31,783 nt of DNA from a virus (IMGVR_UViG_3300038314_001080:1-31783); one strand, 5' to 3'; numbered from the stretch's first letter, positions 8,210 to 17,647 are shown. The notes: a model not told the origin generated them from the sequence alone. Made by a program: numbers and translations.

Positions 8210-8548
8210 TTAACTGAAATGCCACCTCGTTTCAGCAGTCATTTGGACAGAATCTGTTTTAGCAAATGCAGAGAAAGTTACACGGTTAACAATAGTATCA
8301 CCTGCATTATTCTGGAAGGCTACTTCCGACAATGAACTTCCGTTACCTGTAAGTGAATCAATCTCACGAGTAACTTTTAATAAATTGGTAACAGTCACGG
8401 AAGTAGTAGAACCTTCAGTAGCTGCAACTTCAGTTTCTAATGTTTGATCACTTACAAGTTCAGCAGTAGTTCCCGTTCCGAAAACTCCATCATCCAAGTA
8501 CGTATCAACCAAGTCACGTACCCTATTCAATCCTTCATTCAACATCAT
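8210..8548 (-). CDS. Minor tail protein, paralog of 7864-8208
   Basis: GTGTTAELVSDQTL and GNGSSLSE; ATGA-coupled to the upstream gene. Confidence 0.6.
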   Translation of the reverse strand: MMLNEGLNRVRDLVDTYLDDGVFGTGTTAELVSDQTLETEVAATEGSTTSVTVTNLLKVTREIDSLTGNGSSLSEVAFQNNAGDTIVNRVTFSAFAKTDSVQMTAETRWHFS

Positions 8549-10233
8549 TCTCTTGCTCTCTCCTGTTCTTCAATATTTAACGTAGTGAACCAACCAGATT
8601 TCTTAACATTATGTTTAATTTCTTTTATCAGTACGTCAGTGTCAACAATCCCGGCAGAAACAGAATTTAACGTAATTAAATCACCAGCAATGAAACGTTT
8701 ACCCTTCACTTCAATTTTACCTTTCCATCTTGGACTTCCACGAGCCTTAGTAAGTAACGAAGCTCTATCTTCACCCTTCGCAATACATTGATTACGAACA
8801 GCAGTGTTATATAACGCATCACTTGTAACAGTAGTTCCCCATGCAGTTGTTACTCCTGCACCACCTGCATACGTTCCAGTAGTTTCATCATACCTGTTCC
8901 CCTTGAACGTGAACGGGGCAGTAGCTAATGCAGTTTCAGTCAACCTACCATCATCAATTTCTTTCTGAATCCATTCCTTTGCAATCTGTGTGTACGGTTT
9001 GTAAGTCATCTTCAATTCCTTCGAACCAGTATTACGGTCATAGAAATAATTTAATACGCCAGAACCAAACAAATCTTGACCAGCGTTAAATATGACCATG
9101 TTAACAATATCGAATGTTTTCTTAGTGATATCCATTGAATAAATAATGTTATCACTTGTTGTATCTCCCTCAACGAATGTTAAAGAATTTGAAACAGTAT
9201 CACCGCTAGTATGGGAAGCAGCAGTAGTATTGTTAAACCCTCTCGTAGCTCCAGTGAACGTAGTTGGAGTAGTTGCCGTGTATTCAATAAGTTCTCCGTT
9301 AATTTGTAAGATACCACGAGATTTAAAACCAGTAGTACTTGCGACAGTAATAGTAGCAACCACATCATTATGTGCACCGTTCAATGTAGTCCTCAGTGAA
9401 CTTTGTGGGTAGAACCAATGAAACCTGTTATCATGGTCAATGTAAAAAATGTAATTTCTATCTGCTGGTGGATTGCCAGAATCTAATTCTCCCGGTAAAT
9501 TGGTATGTTCGGGAGTACTAAGTTCTTGGATAAATTCGTATGCTGACTTAAAAGTTTTAGCTATGGTTGTTACGGGAAATGCAGAATCAGCACCGCCAGT
9601 GAATGAAGGAGGTCTTCTATCTTGAATGTAAGCAGGGGGACTTCCTGGATCTCCTGGGTAAGCACCAGTATTTAACCGAGCATCAACAGTATAAATTCCA
9701 CCAGCTACTTGAGTTCCCGTTGCATTGAACGCAGTAGGTTCAGAAGCAGCGTCATCAGTAACATTCCTAATTACATCCTGGATTATCTCGGGAGCAGTTA
9801 ACGCACTGGTAGTGTTATAATTGAACGCCCAGAGTTTGTTAAGTAACGTGTATGTTTTGTCAACACATTTAATTTTGATAGTCGTTTTGTTCTCATTGAT
9901 TTTAACCTTGAACTCACTAATTTCTGCAGTCATTATCAAATCATCTGAACCGTCAGAAGTATCAATCGCCCTGGTAGTGTCAGTGTACGCTAAGTAAATT
10001 TTTACAGTGTCACCTTCCCTGAACAAAGTTAATCCATCGTCACCTACCCACCTACGTTTAAGTGAAGCGTCAGGTTTAATGTAATCAATAGGATTCTGTA
10101 ACGTTATTTCTGCACCGGAAGCCTTTGACTTTGCAGTCTGCCTGATGTTCATTGAAATCCAGTCAGTTATTTCAACAGCTTCAGAATCACCACCGTTCCC
10201 ACTCCATTCAATTTTACCGATTAAAAAGCTCAT
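8545..10233 (-). CDS. Baseplate hub / Tal-like tail-tip protein with an inserted beta module
   Basis: Second gene after TMP; C-terminal GDLITL...IKEIKHNV...GWFTTL typical of hub proteins. Confidence 0.65.
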   Translation of the reverse strand: MSFLIGKIEWSGNGGDSEAVEITDWISMNIRQTAKSKASGAEITLQNPIDYIKPDASLKRRWVGDDGLTLFREGDTVKIYLAYTDTTRAIDTSDGSDDLIMTAEISEFKVKINENKTTIKIKCVDKTYTLLNKLWAFNYNTTSALTAPEIIQDVIRNVTDDAASEPTAFNATGTQVAGGIYTVDARLNTGAYPGDPGSPPAYIQDRRPPSFTGGADSAFPVTTIAKTFKSAYEFIQELSTPEHTNLPGELDSGNPPADRNYIFYIDHDNRFHWFYPQSSLRTTLNGAHNDVVATITVASTTGFKSRGILQINGELIEYTATTPTTFTGATRGFNNTTAASHTSGDTVSNSLTFVEGDTTSDNIIYSMDITKKTFDIVNMVIFNAGQDLFGSGVLNYFYDRNTGSKELKMTYKPYTQIAKEWIQKEIDDGRLTETALATAPFTFKGNRYDETTGTYAGGAGVTTAWGTTVTSDALYNTAVRNQCIAKGEDRASLLTKARGSPRWKGKIEVKGKRFIAGDLITLNSVSAGIVDTDVLIKEIKHNVKKSGWFTTLNIEEQERARE

Positions 10234-10685
10234 GCAGTTTCCTCACATACCAACGTGTACCTAATCACTCCATTTTTCCCTGTCTGTTTGATACTTAACG
10301 CCTTACATAACACATGCAAATGTGTTGATTGTGCTGCGTGAGTTGCATCTGCTGCACCTAAGTTCTCGGTAAGTCTTGCTCCACCGTAAAGTAATTTCAC
10401 TCCACGACTTTTCACCAAGTCATCCAAAACTTGCATGGTTGCTGCACTTGCAGGTTGTAATATCCCACTGATTGTAATCACTGGGTTTGTGAATGAAGAC
10501 ATGTTTAATTTCACGTCATCAAACAAAGTAGGTACAGGATTATCAGCGATAGCTCCCGATCTACCATACGTTAAGTCAACAGCTAACAAAGTTAATGCAG
10601 CACCAGAGTTAGCAATCAAAGATAACTGAGCCCCAGTATCTGTTATGTTAGGATAACCTGTATCTATTATGTTTACGTCTGTCAT
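10230..10685 (-). CDS. Distal tail (Dit-like) protein
   Basis: Directly after TMP, 151 aa, ITISG and YTLVCEE motifs. Confidence 0.5.
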   Translation of the reverse strand: MTDVNIIDTGYPNITDTGAQLSLIANSGAALTLLAVDLTYGRSGAIADNPVPTLFDDVKLNMSSFTNPVITISGILQPASAATMQVLDDLVKSRGVKLLYGGARLTENLGAADATHAAQSTHLHVLCKALSIKQTGKNGVIRYTLVCEETA

Positions 10686-10687
10686 GT

Positions 10688-12091
10688 TTATTCGTTAGGC
10701 GAAGGTATGATTGTAGCATTGTCAGCTAATCCTTCTCCAACTCCCTCCTTTACACTTTCTTTCATTGTTTCTCCAAGGTCAGTGAACTTGTTTTGCATTT
10801 CATCCAGGAAACCTTTCCTATCTTCCTTTTCTTCTTCTTTATCTAACGAAGAAAGTAATCCCTTCCTGGCAACAAACTCTTCTGCCTTTGCTGAAATAGA
10901 ATTTTCACCAAATTCTAACCCTAAATCAATCTCAGGGATACTTGCACCGAGTGCATTAGCTCCTTTAATAGCAAGGTTAATCAAACCTATTACTAACTTA
11001 ATTGGAATCAAAATAAGGTCAATTATTTTATCACCAACGAATCCGAGGGCAAGTATTATCCCAGCACCCATTACTTTGAACGCTTCCTTGACTGAACCCG
11101 TTTTCTTTACTAAGAAAATGAACGCTCCTATAGCTAATGCAACACCAGCAATCAGTAATATCCATGGTAAACTTACAGATACACCAAGGATTAAGAAGAT
11201 GGCAACAAGTGCAACTACAATGATTATGAATGATAACACTATCTTCATAGCAATTGACATTTTTGATTTCCAAATTAAAGCAAGTGCTATGATTACAACA
11301 ACTAATATCAAAAAGACTGCTACAATTGCTAACATAGCGATAACCACAGGCAGAGCTCCTACAGCCATAATGACAAATAATAATTGGACAGGAGCTAACA
11401 AGAATAATATGATTTGTCCAAGTATCATTAACGCTCCACCAATCAAGAAACCACCAATCATAGCAATGGCAATGAATCTTCTCCATCCTTCGCTTAACCC
11501 AGCCACCCAATTAGCGAGGTTGATAACTGCGTCAATGAAACCTATCACAAGGTCAGAGTTACCTAACGCATCCATAATAGAGAATTTCAAGAATGTCCAT
11601 GAAGCTTTAAGTTCTTGAGTTTTCTGGAAGAATTGATCATTAACATTTATTATCTCAATGTAAGTTGTAAACAATGAACGTAGAGCAGTTTGGAAAACTC
11701 TTTTCAAAGCCATACCAGCGAACAAGAATGCAAGACCAACAGCTAACATAGTACGTCTAATATTTTTCATCAGTAATGTTTGTTTCTGTAATAAATCAGT
11801 AGCTTTCTTTCTTGCTACGTTAGTCTTATGTTCAGCCTTTGCAACTTTTAGAGATGCTTGTTCCAATGTGAACGTTTTTTTACTGTACTTGTTGATAATT
11901 TGTCCCGCTTTATTCAAACGTAAATTAGCCATTTCTAATCTTGAAACGAATTTTAAATTAGAAGAAGCCTTGTTGAAGTGTTTAACTGTATTGTTCAAAC
12001 CAGCCACAGACATTTTAACACTATCAATCGTCTTTGAAGCTCTATTTGTAGCCTTCATTACAATTTCCATTACTTCTGTTGTTCTTCCCAT
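10688..12091 (-). CDS. Tail tape measure protein (short, membrane-rich)
   Basis: N-terminal IVMKATNRASKTI motif, helical composition, many TM-like segments, follows the chaperone pair. Confidence 0.8.
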   Translation of the reverse strand: MGRTTEVMEIVMKATNRASKTIDSVKMSVAGLNNTVKHFNKASSNLKFVSRLEMANLRLNKAGQIINKYSKKTFTLEQASLKVAKAEHKTNVARKKATDLLQKQTLLMKNIRRTMLAVGLAFLFAGMALKRVFQTALRSLFTTYIEIINVNDQFFQKTQELKASWTFLKFSIMDALGNSDLVIGFIDAVINLANWVAGLSEGWRRFIAIAMIGGFLIGGALMILGQIILFLLAPVQLLFVIMAVGALPVVIAMLAIVAVFLILVVVIIALALIWKSKMSIAMKIVLSFIIIVVALVAIFLILGVSVSLPWILLIAGVALAIGAFIFLVKKTGSVKEAFKVMGAGIILALGFVGDKIIDLILIPIKLVIGLINLAIKGANALGASIPEIDLGLEFGENSISAKAEEFVARKGLLSSLDKEEEKEDRKGFLDEMQNKFTDLGETMKESVKEGVGEGLADNATIIPSPNE

Positions 12092-12102
12092 TGGTGTATA
12101 TC

Positions 12103-12333
12103 CTACCCTAACGTTGAGGGAGTACCTCTCTGTGCTTTATTCATCTCCCTTTCTTCCGCTTCAATGTGTTCTTTTAAATGTTCGAATTGACTGGTAAACT
12201 TCATCATCAGGTAATCTTCGTCAATGTGCTGGTTAACTTCCTTCTCAACATAAAAGATAGCTTTGGCCCAACCATCCTCAATATCATCAGCTTGTGAAGC
12301 TTTCCGTTTGAGGTTCAGTCGAAGCCGTTCCAT
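12103..12333 (-). CDS. Tail assembly chaperone, T-like part
   Basis: Immediately before TMP, in the -1 frame relative to 12348-12704. Confidence 0.55.
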   Translation of the reverse strand: MERLRLNLKRKASQADDIEDGWAKAIFYVEKEVNQHIDEDYLMMKFTSQFEHLKEHIEAEEREMNKAQRGTPSTLG

Positions 12334-12347
12334 CCTTTGTTTCTTAG

Positions 12348-12704
12348 TTAGTTTTCTATGCTTTTTAAGATTCCTTCCGAAGTAACTTCCTTTAATTTTT
12401 CACGTGTTGTCCATCTGAACGCAATCATTAATTCTTCAATTAATTGAGTGATATTAAATTCAATATACATGTCAAGTTCTTCTTTCTCAGTATCATCTAA
12501 CGGAGGATAATCACGAGTAATAAGTTCCTTAACAAATTCTCCCATCTGTGCCATCATCCAACCTTCATCCTTCTTCTTCTTTGACTCACTCATTAAATTC
12601 ATTAACTTACGGTTATCACCAAGTTTAGGTTTAAGATCAAACTTTCCACCACCAATTCGTAACTCCCAGATTCCTAACGCTTCTCCATACTTTCCCATTT
12701 TCAT
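12348..12704 (-). CDS. Tail assembly chaperone, G-like
   Basis: Acidic helical 118-aa protein between tail tube and TMP; GGAGG RBS. Confidence 0.6.
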   Translation of the reverse strand: MKMGKYGEALGIWELRIGGGKFDLKPKLGDNRKLMNLMSESKKKKDEGWMMAQMGEFVKELITRDYPPLDDTEKEELDMYIEFNITQLIEELMIAFRWTTREKLKEVTSEGILKSIEN

Positions 12705-12925
12705 CTTCCTCCTGCCATAGTTAATGGCGGTTCTTTCTCTTGTTCTTTAACGTAGTCTGATTTTAACATATCATACGCTTCAGCTTTCCGTATTAAATCT
12801 TGTAGTAAAACCCAATACGTATCATTGTACTGTCGCTTAGCAAGGGTACTAAACTCCCTCACTAAACGGACAGGACAATCATTTATCTTAATCATTACTT
12901 TCACATTTCCAGCTTTGTCAACCAT
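12701..12925 (-). CDS. Small ribbon-helix-helix-like protein, paralog of 15248-15505
   Basis: GAGGTG RBS before ATG 12925; IKINDCP..F...K..ND.Y pattern shared with the paralog. Confidence 0.55.
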   Translation of the reverse strand: MVDKAGNVKVMIKINDCPVRLVREFSTLAKRQYNDTYWVLLQDLIRKAEAYDMLKSDYVKEQEKEPPLTMAGGR

Positions 12926-12943
12926 TTTCGCACACCTCAAAAT

Positions 12944-13480
12944 CTAATTTTTAAATTCTACGTAAAAGTTCTTTGGTAGGCACATTGCCTCAAAAGTAAC
13001 TTCCCAGTGTCCATCAGCTCCAGTTAACTTACGTTCAAAGGAAGTAACGTAACATTCATGGAGAACGATGTTAACTTCATCAGTTGAATCATCAAGGTTC
13101 ACCAAGAATGAAGGTGTTTTCCTTGTTCCACCATCTCGTTGGTAACGAGTGTGAGTACCACCAATAGCTCCTGACGTTTCATATCCTTCCAATTCAAACC
13201 CTGTTTCATCTCCACGTAACAAGAATGTTCCTGATATCTTAGCCATTCCTGCCGGTTTCAATTCAACTTCAGCGTTCTGGAAACTGTTTCCATCAATACC
13301 AATCAAATCAATCTTATCCACTGCCATCTCTGGTTCAGTGATTTCAACTCCTTTCAAGTCAGCTGTTATAACAGTTCCTCCTCCGAAGACTGTATCTAAA
13401 GCTGCACCTGCCGGAATCGCAATATCTGCTGAAGCATCTATCCTAATTACTGCTTCTCTTGCATGCCATACTTTTGCCAT
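12944..13480 (-). CDS. Major tail tube protein
   Basis: 178-aa acidic beta protein before the chaperones and TMP; strong GGAGG RBS. Confidence 0.7.
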   Translation of the reverse strand: MAKVWHAREAVIRIDASADIAIPAGAALDTVFGGGTVITADLKGVEITEPEMAVDKIDLIGIDGNSFQNAEVELKPAGMAKISGTFLLRGDETGFELEGYETSGAIGGTHTRYQRDGGTRKTPSFLVNLDDSTDEVNIVLHECYVTSFERKLTGADGHWEVTFEAMCLPKNFYVEFKN

Positions 13481-13492
13481 TTTATTTTCCTC

Positions 13493-14014
13493 CTATCCGA
13501 ATAGATATGCTATTTTTACTACACAACTATCAGTATCTGCCGTGATGAGAATTTCATCATCAACACCATCATTCATTGCACTGATTCCAGCGGGACTGGT
13601 CCAAGCAAACATTCCACCTGCAGTGATTACTACTGAATCAGTTGCACCGTCAAATACACTTGCTTCACCGTTAGCACCACGTTTAACACTAACAAAATTT
13701 GCAGTATCTTCATTGGTTATTACTAACGCTTTCAACTTTTTTCCTTCTGGGTCTTCAGTAGGTACATCATCTCCAGCAGCTGCCAATGGGTCAGCACTGT
13801 CAGCTAAACTAACAGTAATTCCACCAACAGTAGCTGTGAATTGCGAACTAAAAAAACCTGTTGCTGCACTTGATCCAGCACCGTCAGTGAAAACTTCCCG
13901 GTGGATAAGTTTCGCTACATCCTTCCCGCTGAAATCTCCAAGAGTTTGACTTCTATCAATCGCAGCATCAAACTCGATTTTAATAGTTGCATCTAATGTA
14001 TCAGTTAATGCCAT
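13493..14014 (-). CDS. Virion structural protein of unknown function
   Basis: A/D/G/T-rich 173 aa in the tail module; GGAGGT RBS. Confidence 0.55.
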   Translation of the reverse strand: MALTDTLDATIKIEFDAAIDRSQTLGDFSGKDVAKLIHREVFTDGAGSSAATGFFSSQFTATVGGITVSLADSADPLAAAGDDVPTEDPEGKKLKALVITNEDTANFVSVKRGANGEASVFDGATDSVVITAGGMFAWTSPAGISAMNDGVDDEILITADTDSCVVKIAYLFG

Positions 14015-14378
14015 CTTCTTTTACCTCCTTAGATTTCTTTTTCTTCTTCTGATACGTTTTCAATAATAAATCATTTTCAATTTTCTCAAATGGTAAATCA
14101 CTCAAACCATTAAGAAGTTCTTCCTTACTCTTAAACACACCTAACACTTTGTTAGCTCTCTTAACACTGAATCCAACAATGTTAACTAATTCATCAAACA
14201 AATCTTCTTTGTCTTTCTTCTCTTCAATTGATTCTCTCACTTCTTCATACTCAACAGAATCCCAAACTTGCAAACGAGAATTAAATGCTAATTTAGCAAA
14301 TTCTTCATCAGTAAGTTCAATGATACTTCCCACTTCTCCCAATGCATGATGCACGTTGGAGAGTATTTTATATTTCAT
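14001..14378 (-). CDS. Protein with a small N-terminal beta domain and a helix-hairpin-helix motif
   Basis: LGEVGSIIEL N-domain; ELVNIVGFSVKRA HhH-like motif; basic C-terminus. Confidence 0.55.
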   Translation of the reverse strand: MKYKILSNVHHALGEVGSIIELTDEEFAKLAFNSRLQVWDSVEYEEVRESIEEKKDKEDLFDELVNIVGFSVKRANKVLGVFKSKEELLNGLSDLPFEKIENDLLLKTYQKKKKKSKEVKEDGIN

Positions 14379-14845
14379 ATTCGTCTACCTCCTATTGAAA
14401 ATCTCAACGCTTTCCGTAGATGAGTTGGTAAATCTTCTAATTCTTTGTTAACTGCATTACTAAAATAACCTGGCTTGGCTGTCCATCTAACTTGTTTCCC
14501 CGTGGAAGTTACTGCTGACTTCCCGTAACGAACAGATTGAGGAATACGATAGAACGGTTGGAAACTCGTTGACCTAAACTCAAAAGATACCATACTGTTT
14601 GCCCATTCAGCTAACCTGTCAGTTCCAAAAACTCTCTTTGCTGGATCATACGTAAAAACAGTTGCACCATTTTTTCTTTTTAAATTCTTGATACCACCAC
14701 GAAGTGTTCCCTTATCTGATGGTGCGTTAGCTCTAGCCCTGTCACGGATTTTATCTCCAATCTTATGGGACGTCTTAACAGTATTAAACGGTAAATCTCT
14801 CGCTAGTTTTGTAAGTCTTTTAATTATTTCTGCGGGTGTTGCCAT
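14375..14845 (-). CDS. Tail completion protein, HK97 gp10-like
   Basis: ARANAPSDKGTLRGGI and AKPGYFSNAV motifs; basic protein. Confidence 0.75.
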   Translation of the reverse strand: MATPAEIIKRLTKLARDLPFNTVKTSHKIGDKIRDRARANAPSDKGTLRGGIKNLKRKNGATVFTYDPAKRVFGTDRLAEWANSMVSFEFRSTSFQPFYRIPQSVRYGKSAVTSTGKQVRWTAKPGYFSNAVNKELEDLPTHLRKALRFSIGGRRI

Positions 14846-14847
14846 GT

Positions 14848-15276
14848 TTAATTACCAAAATAATTGAATCTCACTTCAAATGAAATCCTGTGAATCTTTT
14901 TCCTCCCTTCACTGTAAACATCATATTCTCCAGTATCTACCTGCAAGTCAAAGATGTTAGCTGAAGCAAACGTTGCACGTCCTGCAAGTAACTTATCAGT
15001 AACTTCATCAGAAACTGCCTTGACGTTCTGACTACTGGTGTGGAAAACTTCAATCTCCATCTGGACAGAACTTTTCATGCTACTTCCCTGAATGTCAAAT
15101 TCCTTCTCAAATGATACACGAGGAGGTCGGATGATTACGAGGGGGTATCCTTTATCGTTAGCTAACGTACTGTTAAATGCACTGAATATATTGTTCGTGC
15201 TTATTGCGTTGGTAGTTTGAAGATAAGTATAAACTTCATCCCACGCATTAGTTCTTATCGTTGCTGTGCTTACCAT
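14848..15276 (-). CDS. Tail terminator protein
   Basis: YPLVII motif, 142 aa, neck-module position. Confidence 0.65.
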   Translation of the reverse strand: MVSTATIRTNAWDEVYTYLQTTNAISTNNIFSAFNSTLANDKGYPLVIIRPPRVSFEKEFDIQGSSMKSSVQMEIEVFHTSSQNVKAVSDEVTDKLLAGRATFASANIFDLQVDTGEYDVYSEGRKKIHRISFEVRFNYFGN

Positions 15277-15505
15277 TTTCTAGTTTTTCCACTCTATCTT
15301 TAAGTTCTTGTAAGTTCTCATATAAAACCACTTCCTTTACGTTTGTCTTCATACCATCTAATAACATCTTTAAACCAAATGCATAATTATCATTCGTTTC
15401 CTGCTTACAGAACTCACTGAACGCTTTGAAAACTTTCAATGGACATTTAGTTATTGAAAAATTAATAGTTGTTACATCTGCCATCTTATCTTTCGTTTCA
15501 GTCAT
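15248..15505 (-). CDS. Ribbon-helix-helix-like protein with coiled coil, paralog of 12701-12925
   Basis: GAGGT RBS; ATGA overlap with the methyltransferase stop; FSITKCP..F...K..ND.Y pattern. Confidence 0.55.
   Translation of the reverse strand: MTETKDKMADVTTINFSITKCPLKVFKAFSEFCKQETNDNYAFGLKMLLDGMKTNVKEVVLYENLQELKDRVEKLENGKHSNDKN
15321..15332 (-). promoter_or_regulatory. Putative late promoter motif AGTGGTTTTATA upstream of the tail genes
   Basis: 11/12 match to the motif at 22197 and 27502; 44 nt before ATG 15276, but inside a coding region. Confidence 0.35.
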
Positions 15506-16080
15506 TTTCTTACCTCTACTGCCCACAGTAACCTTTCTCCCGTTGGTATATCCTTATAGATTCTACATATTTTAAAGTCATCAATGTACTGTTCAATTAA
15601 TTTACCTAACGAATAAAAATCGAAATATCTCAAGTGAGTTGGATGATTGTATGCTTCCCCTACCGGTACAGTAATAAGTAAAACTCCTCCCTGTTTAGTA
15701 ACACGTAACAATTCCTGCAAAAGTTTGTCAGGATTTTTAACATGTTCAATTATTTCCAAGCAAGTTACTGTAGAGAAATGATTGCTTGGGAAAGGTATTT
15801 CTTCATCAGCAAACGCCTGAATGAATTTTCCAGCTGGTACGTTACTTTCACACGCTTCTATAGCATTATCACTCACATCAATACCATGCACCGAGAAGCC
15901 TTCTCCATGCATCTTGTGAGCTAAAACCCCATCATTACATCCAACATCTAAGGAATTACCCTGTAAACCTTTCACTTTCCCAAGCACCCATTTGAACCTG
16001 TACCTTGTAATTTTAATATCTTTTTCAAACGGATGAGCCTTCTGGAACTTGATAAATTCCTTTTCATATTGTTCTTTCAT
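15502..16080 (-). CDS. Class I SAM-dependent methyltransferase (Methyltransf_11/23-like)
   Basis: LDVGCNDG motif I, GIDVS, CLEIIEHV, LLITVP; ATGA overlap at 16080. Confidence 0.85.
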   Translation of the reverse strand: MKEQYEKEFIKFQKAHPFEKDIKITRYRFKWVLGKVKGLQGNSLDVGCNDGVLAHKMHGEGFSVHGIDVSDNAIEACESNVPAGKFIQAFADEEIPFPSNHFSTVTCLEIIEHVKNPDKLLQELLRVTKQGGVLLITVPVGEAYNHPTHLRYFDFYSLGKLIEQYIDDFKICRIYKDIPTGERLLWAVEVRK

Positions 16081-16676
16081 TTCAACCACCACACACTTTT
16101 ATATGCAGAAATAACTTTCCCTTCTTGTTCTGCGTAAGCACAAGCAGCTTTTCTAACAGGAAAATCAAATCCCCAATCCCAATCATCCCCGACTATCACA
16201 GCGTCAGGGAAATACTTTTTACTTAACGTAATGTCAGCCATCACAGATTCGTAGTCATGCCCAGCGTCAATGTAAATTAAATCAGGTTTAAGACCTGCTT
16301 CGTAACATGCCGTTAAACCTCGTTTAGTGTTCTCTCTGACAGGAATTAACCTATCCTTCCATTCCCAGCAATTTACCAAGAACGTTTCATAGAGCGTAGG
16401 TAACTTGTCATACACATCATCTCGTAACGGAGTGTTATGTTCAGGACTTCCCAACCAATGATCAATAGCAATTACTGTAGCATTTTCTGCATGTTCAAGG
16501 ATGAAACGTGTAGAAGAACCTAACCAAGAACCAAGTTCAATGACACAGGACGTTTCATCGTTCAAGAACTTGCTTAACATCTCAGCATTTGCAGGTCTGA
16601 ACCAACCATGATTATCAGGAGGAACGTCAGGTTTCACACTTGGCCAGTCATAATTTAAGACTGTTGCCCGTACCAT
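16077..16676 (-). CDS. Class I SAM-dependent methyltransferase (Methyltransf_24-like)
   Basis: IELGSWLGSS, AIDHW, DLIYIDAGHDY, IVGDD. Confidence 0.85.
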   Translation of the reverse strand: MVRATVLNYDWPSVKPDVPPDNHGWFRPANAEMLSKFLNDETSCVIELGSWLGSSTRFILEHAENATVIAIDHWLGSPEHNTPLRDDVYDKLPTLYETFLVNCWEWKDRLIPVRENTKRGLTACYEAGLKPDLIYIDAGHDYESVMADITLSKKYFPDAVIVGDDWDWGFDFPVRKAACAYAEQEGKVISAYKSVWWLK

Positions 16677-17647
16677 TTATGTCCACCCCGGTCAGTTGCT
16701 ATTTCTAAGGCTTCCTTAAACCTTGCTACACTATTTTTATAATTGAACCATTCAACTTCCTTGTACGCCCTGTCCATTATTTCAGCTACTTTATCAGGAT
16801 GGTTGAATACTAAATCAAACCGTTTCATAGTTTCACGGAAATCGTACGGGTCGCAAGTTAACTCAGGTATTAACTTATTATAAGAGAACACACGGTTACT
16901 ACCCACAACTGGCTTCTTCCAACAAGCCATTTCAACTCCATTCCTTCCATACGTATGCATCGGGTTTGGATCGTATAAAATCTTATCACCCTGCACACGT
17001 TCAGCATAATTTGTGAAGTCATCTAACGGACAGATAGTATCCCACATTAATTTCTTTGCTTGACTATTTTTATCCCACTGTTCCTTATACCCGTAAATCT
17101 TAGCTTTCTCAACACCATACTTCGCTTTAACCTTCTCTATTGTCCTATGTGGCAGATATGTTTCTCCTGCCCACCAATGGAAAACGAAACCAATTGCGTC
17201 ATCGTATGCATCAGTTCCTAACCGTTTAACCCATTTAGTGTTAGTTGGGTGAGGAATACAAAACGTACCATCAATCATGTTAGATACTTGGTGAGGTTCA
17301 GTTCCAAACACCATGTCACCAGCTCGTTGAATGTTATCGTACAAGTAGGGACTTATTCCCCAATCGTTCCATTTCTCACAAACGTAATCGTTATTGATTA
17401 CTAACTTCGTAGAACTATTTTTTAATCTCCGTCTTATTTCAAGCACTGTCTCAAAATCTTGTGGTGACATATTAACTTGAATAACGTCAAAATCTTCAAG
17501 TCTATCTTTAACACTCCAGAAAGTATTAATCTCACCCTTTAATGCAAAAATCCAATTATACATCCCGCTACGTGCAGGTTGTTCATTCAAGCAAGATTTG
17601 ATAGTCTCACTTATTCTTCTCGATCCATTCACGTGTGTAAATCTCAT
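16655..17647 (-). CDS. Glycosyltransferase, GT-B fold (GT4-like)
   Basis: C-terminal TYGRNGVEMACWKKPVVGS resembles the GT-B nucleotide-sugar binding motif; start moved to MRFTH (GGGGA RBS). Confidence 0.7.
   Translation of the reverse strand: MRFTHVNGSRRISETIKSCLNEQPARSGMYNWIFALKGEINTFWSVKDRLEDFDVIQVNMSPQDFETVLEIRRRLKNSSTKLVINNDYVCEKWNDWGISPYLYDNIQRAGDMVFGTEPHQVSNMIDGTFCIPHPTNTKWVKRLGTDAYDDAIGFVFHWWAGETYLPHRTIEKVKAKYGVEKAKIYGYKEQWDKNSQAKKLMWDTICPLDDFTNYAERVQGDKILYDPNPMHTYGRNGVEMACWKKPVVGSNRVFSYNKLIPELTCDPYDFRETMKRFDLVFNHPDKVAEIMDRAYKEVEWFNYKNSVARFKEALEIATDRGGHKWYGQQS

Noticed and set aside
10707-11618. 303-aa plus-strand ORF
   Set aside because: Antisense shadow of the hydrophobic tape measure gene; no RBS or recognisable motifs
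13338-13949. 203-aa plus-strand ORF, and the other plus-strand ORFs in the track (e.g. 21464-21988, 18701-19129)
   Set aside because: All lie opposite well-supported minus-strand genes and are explained by codon bias
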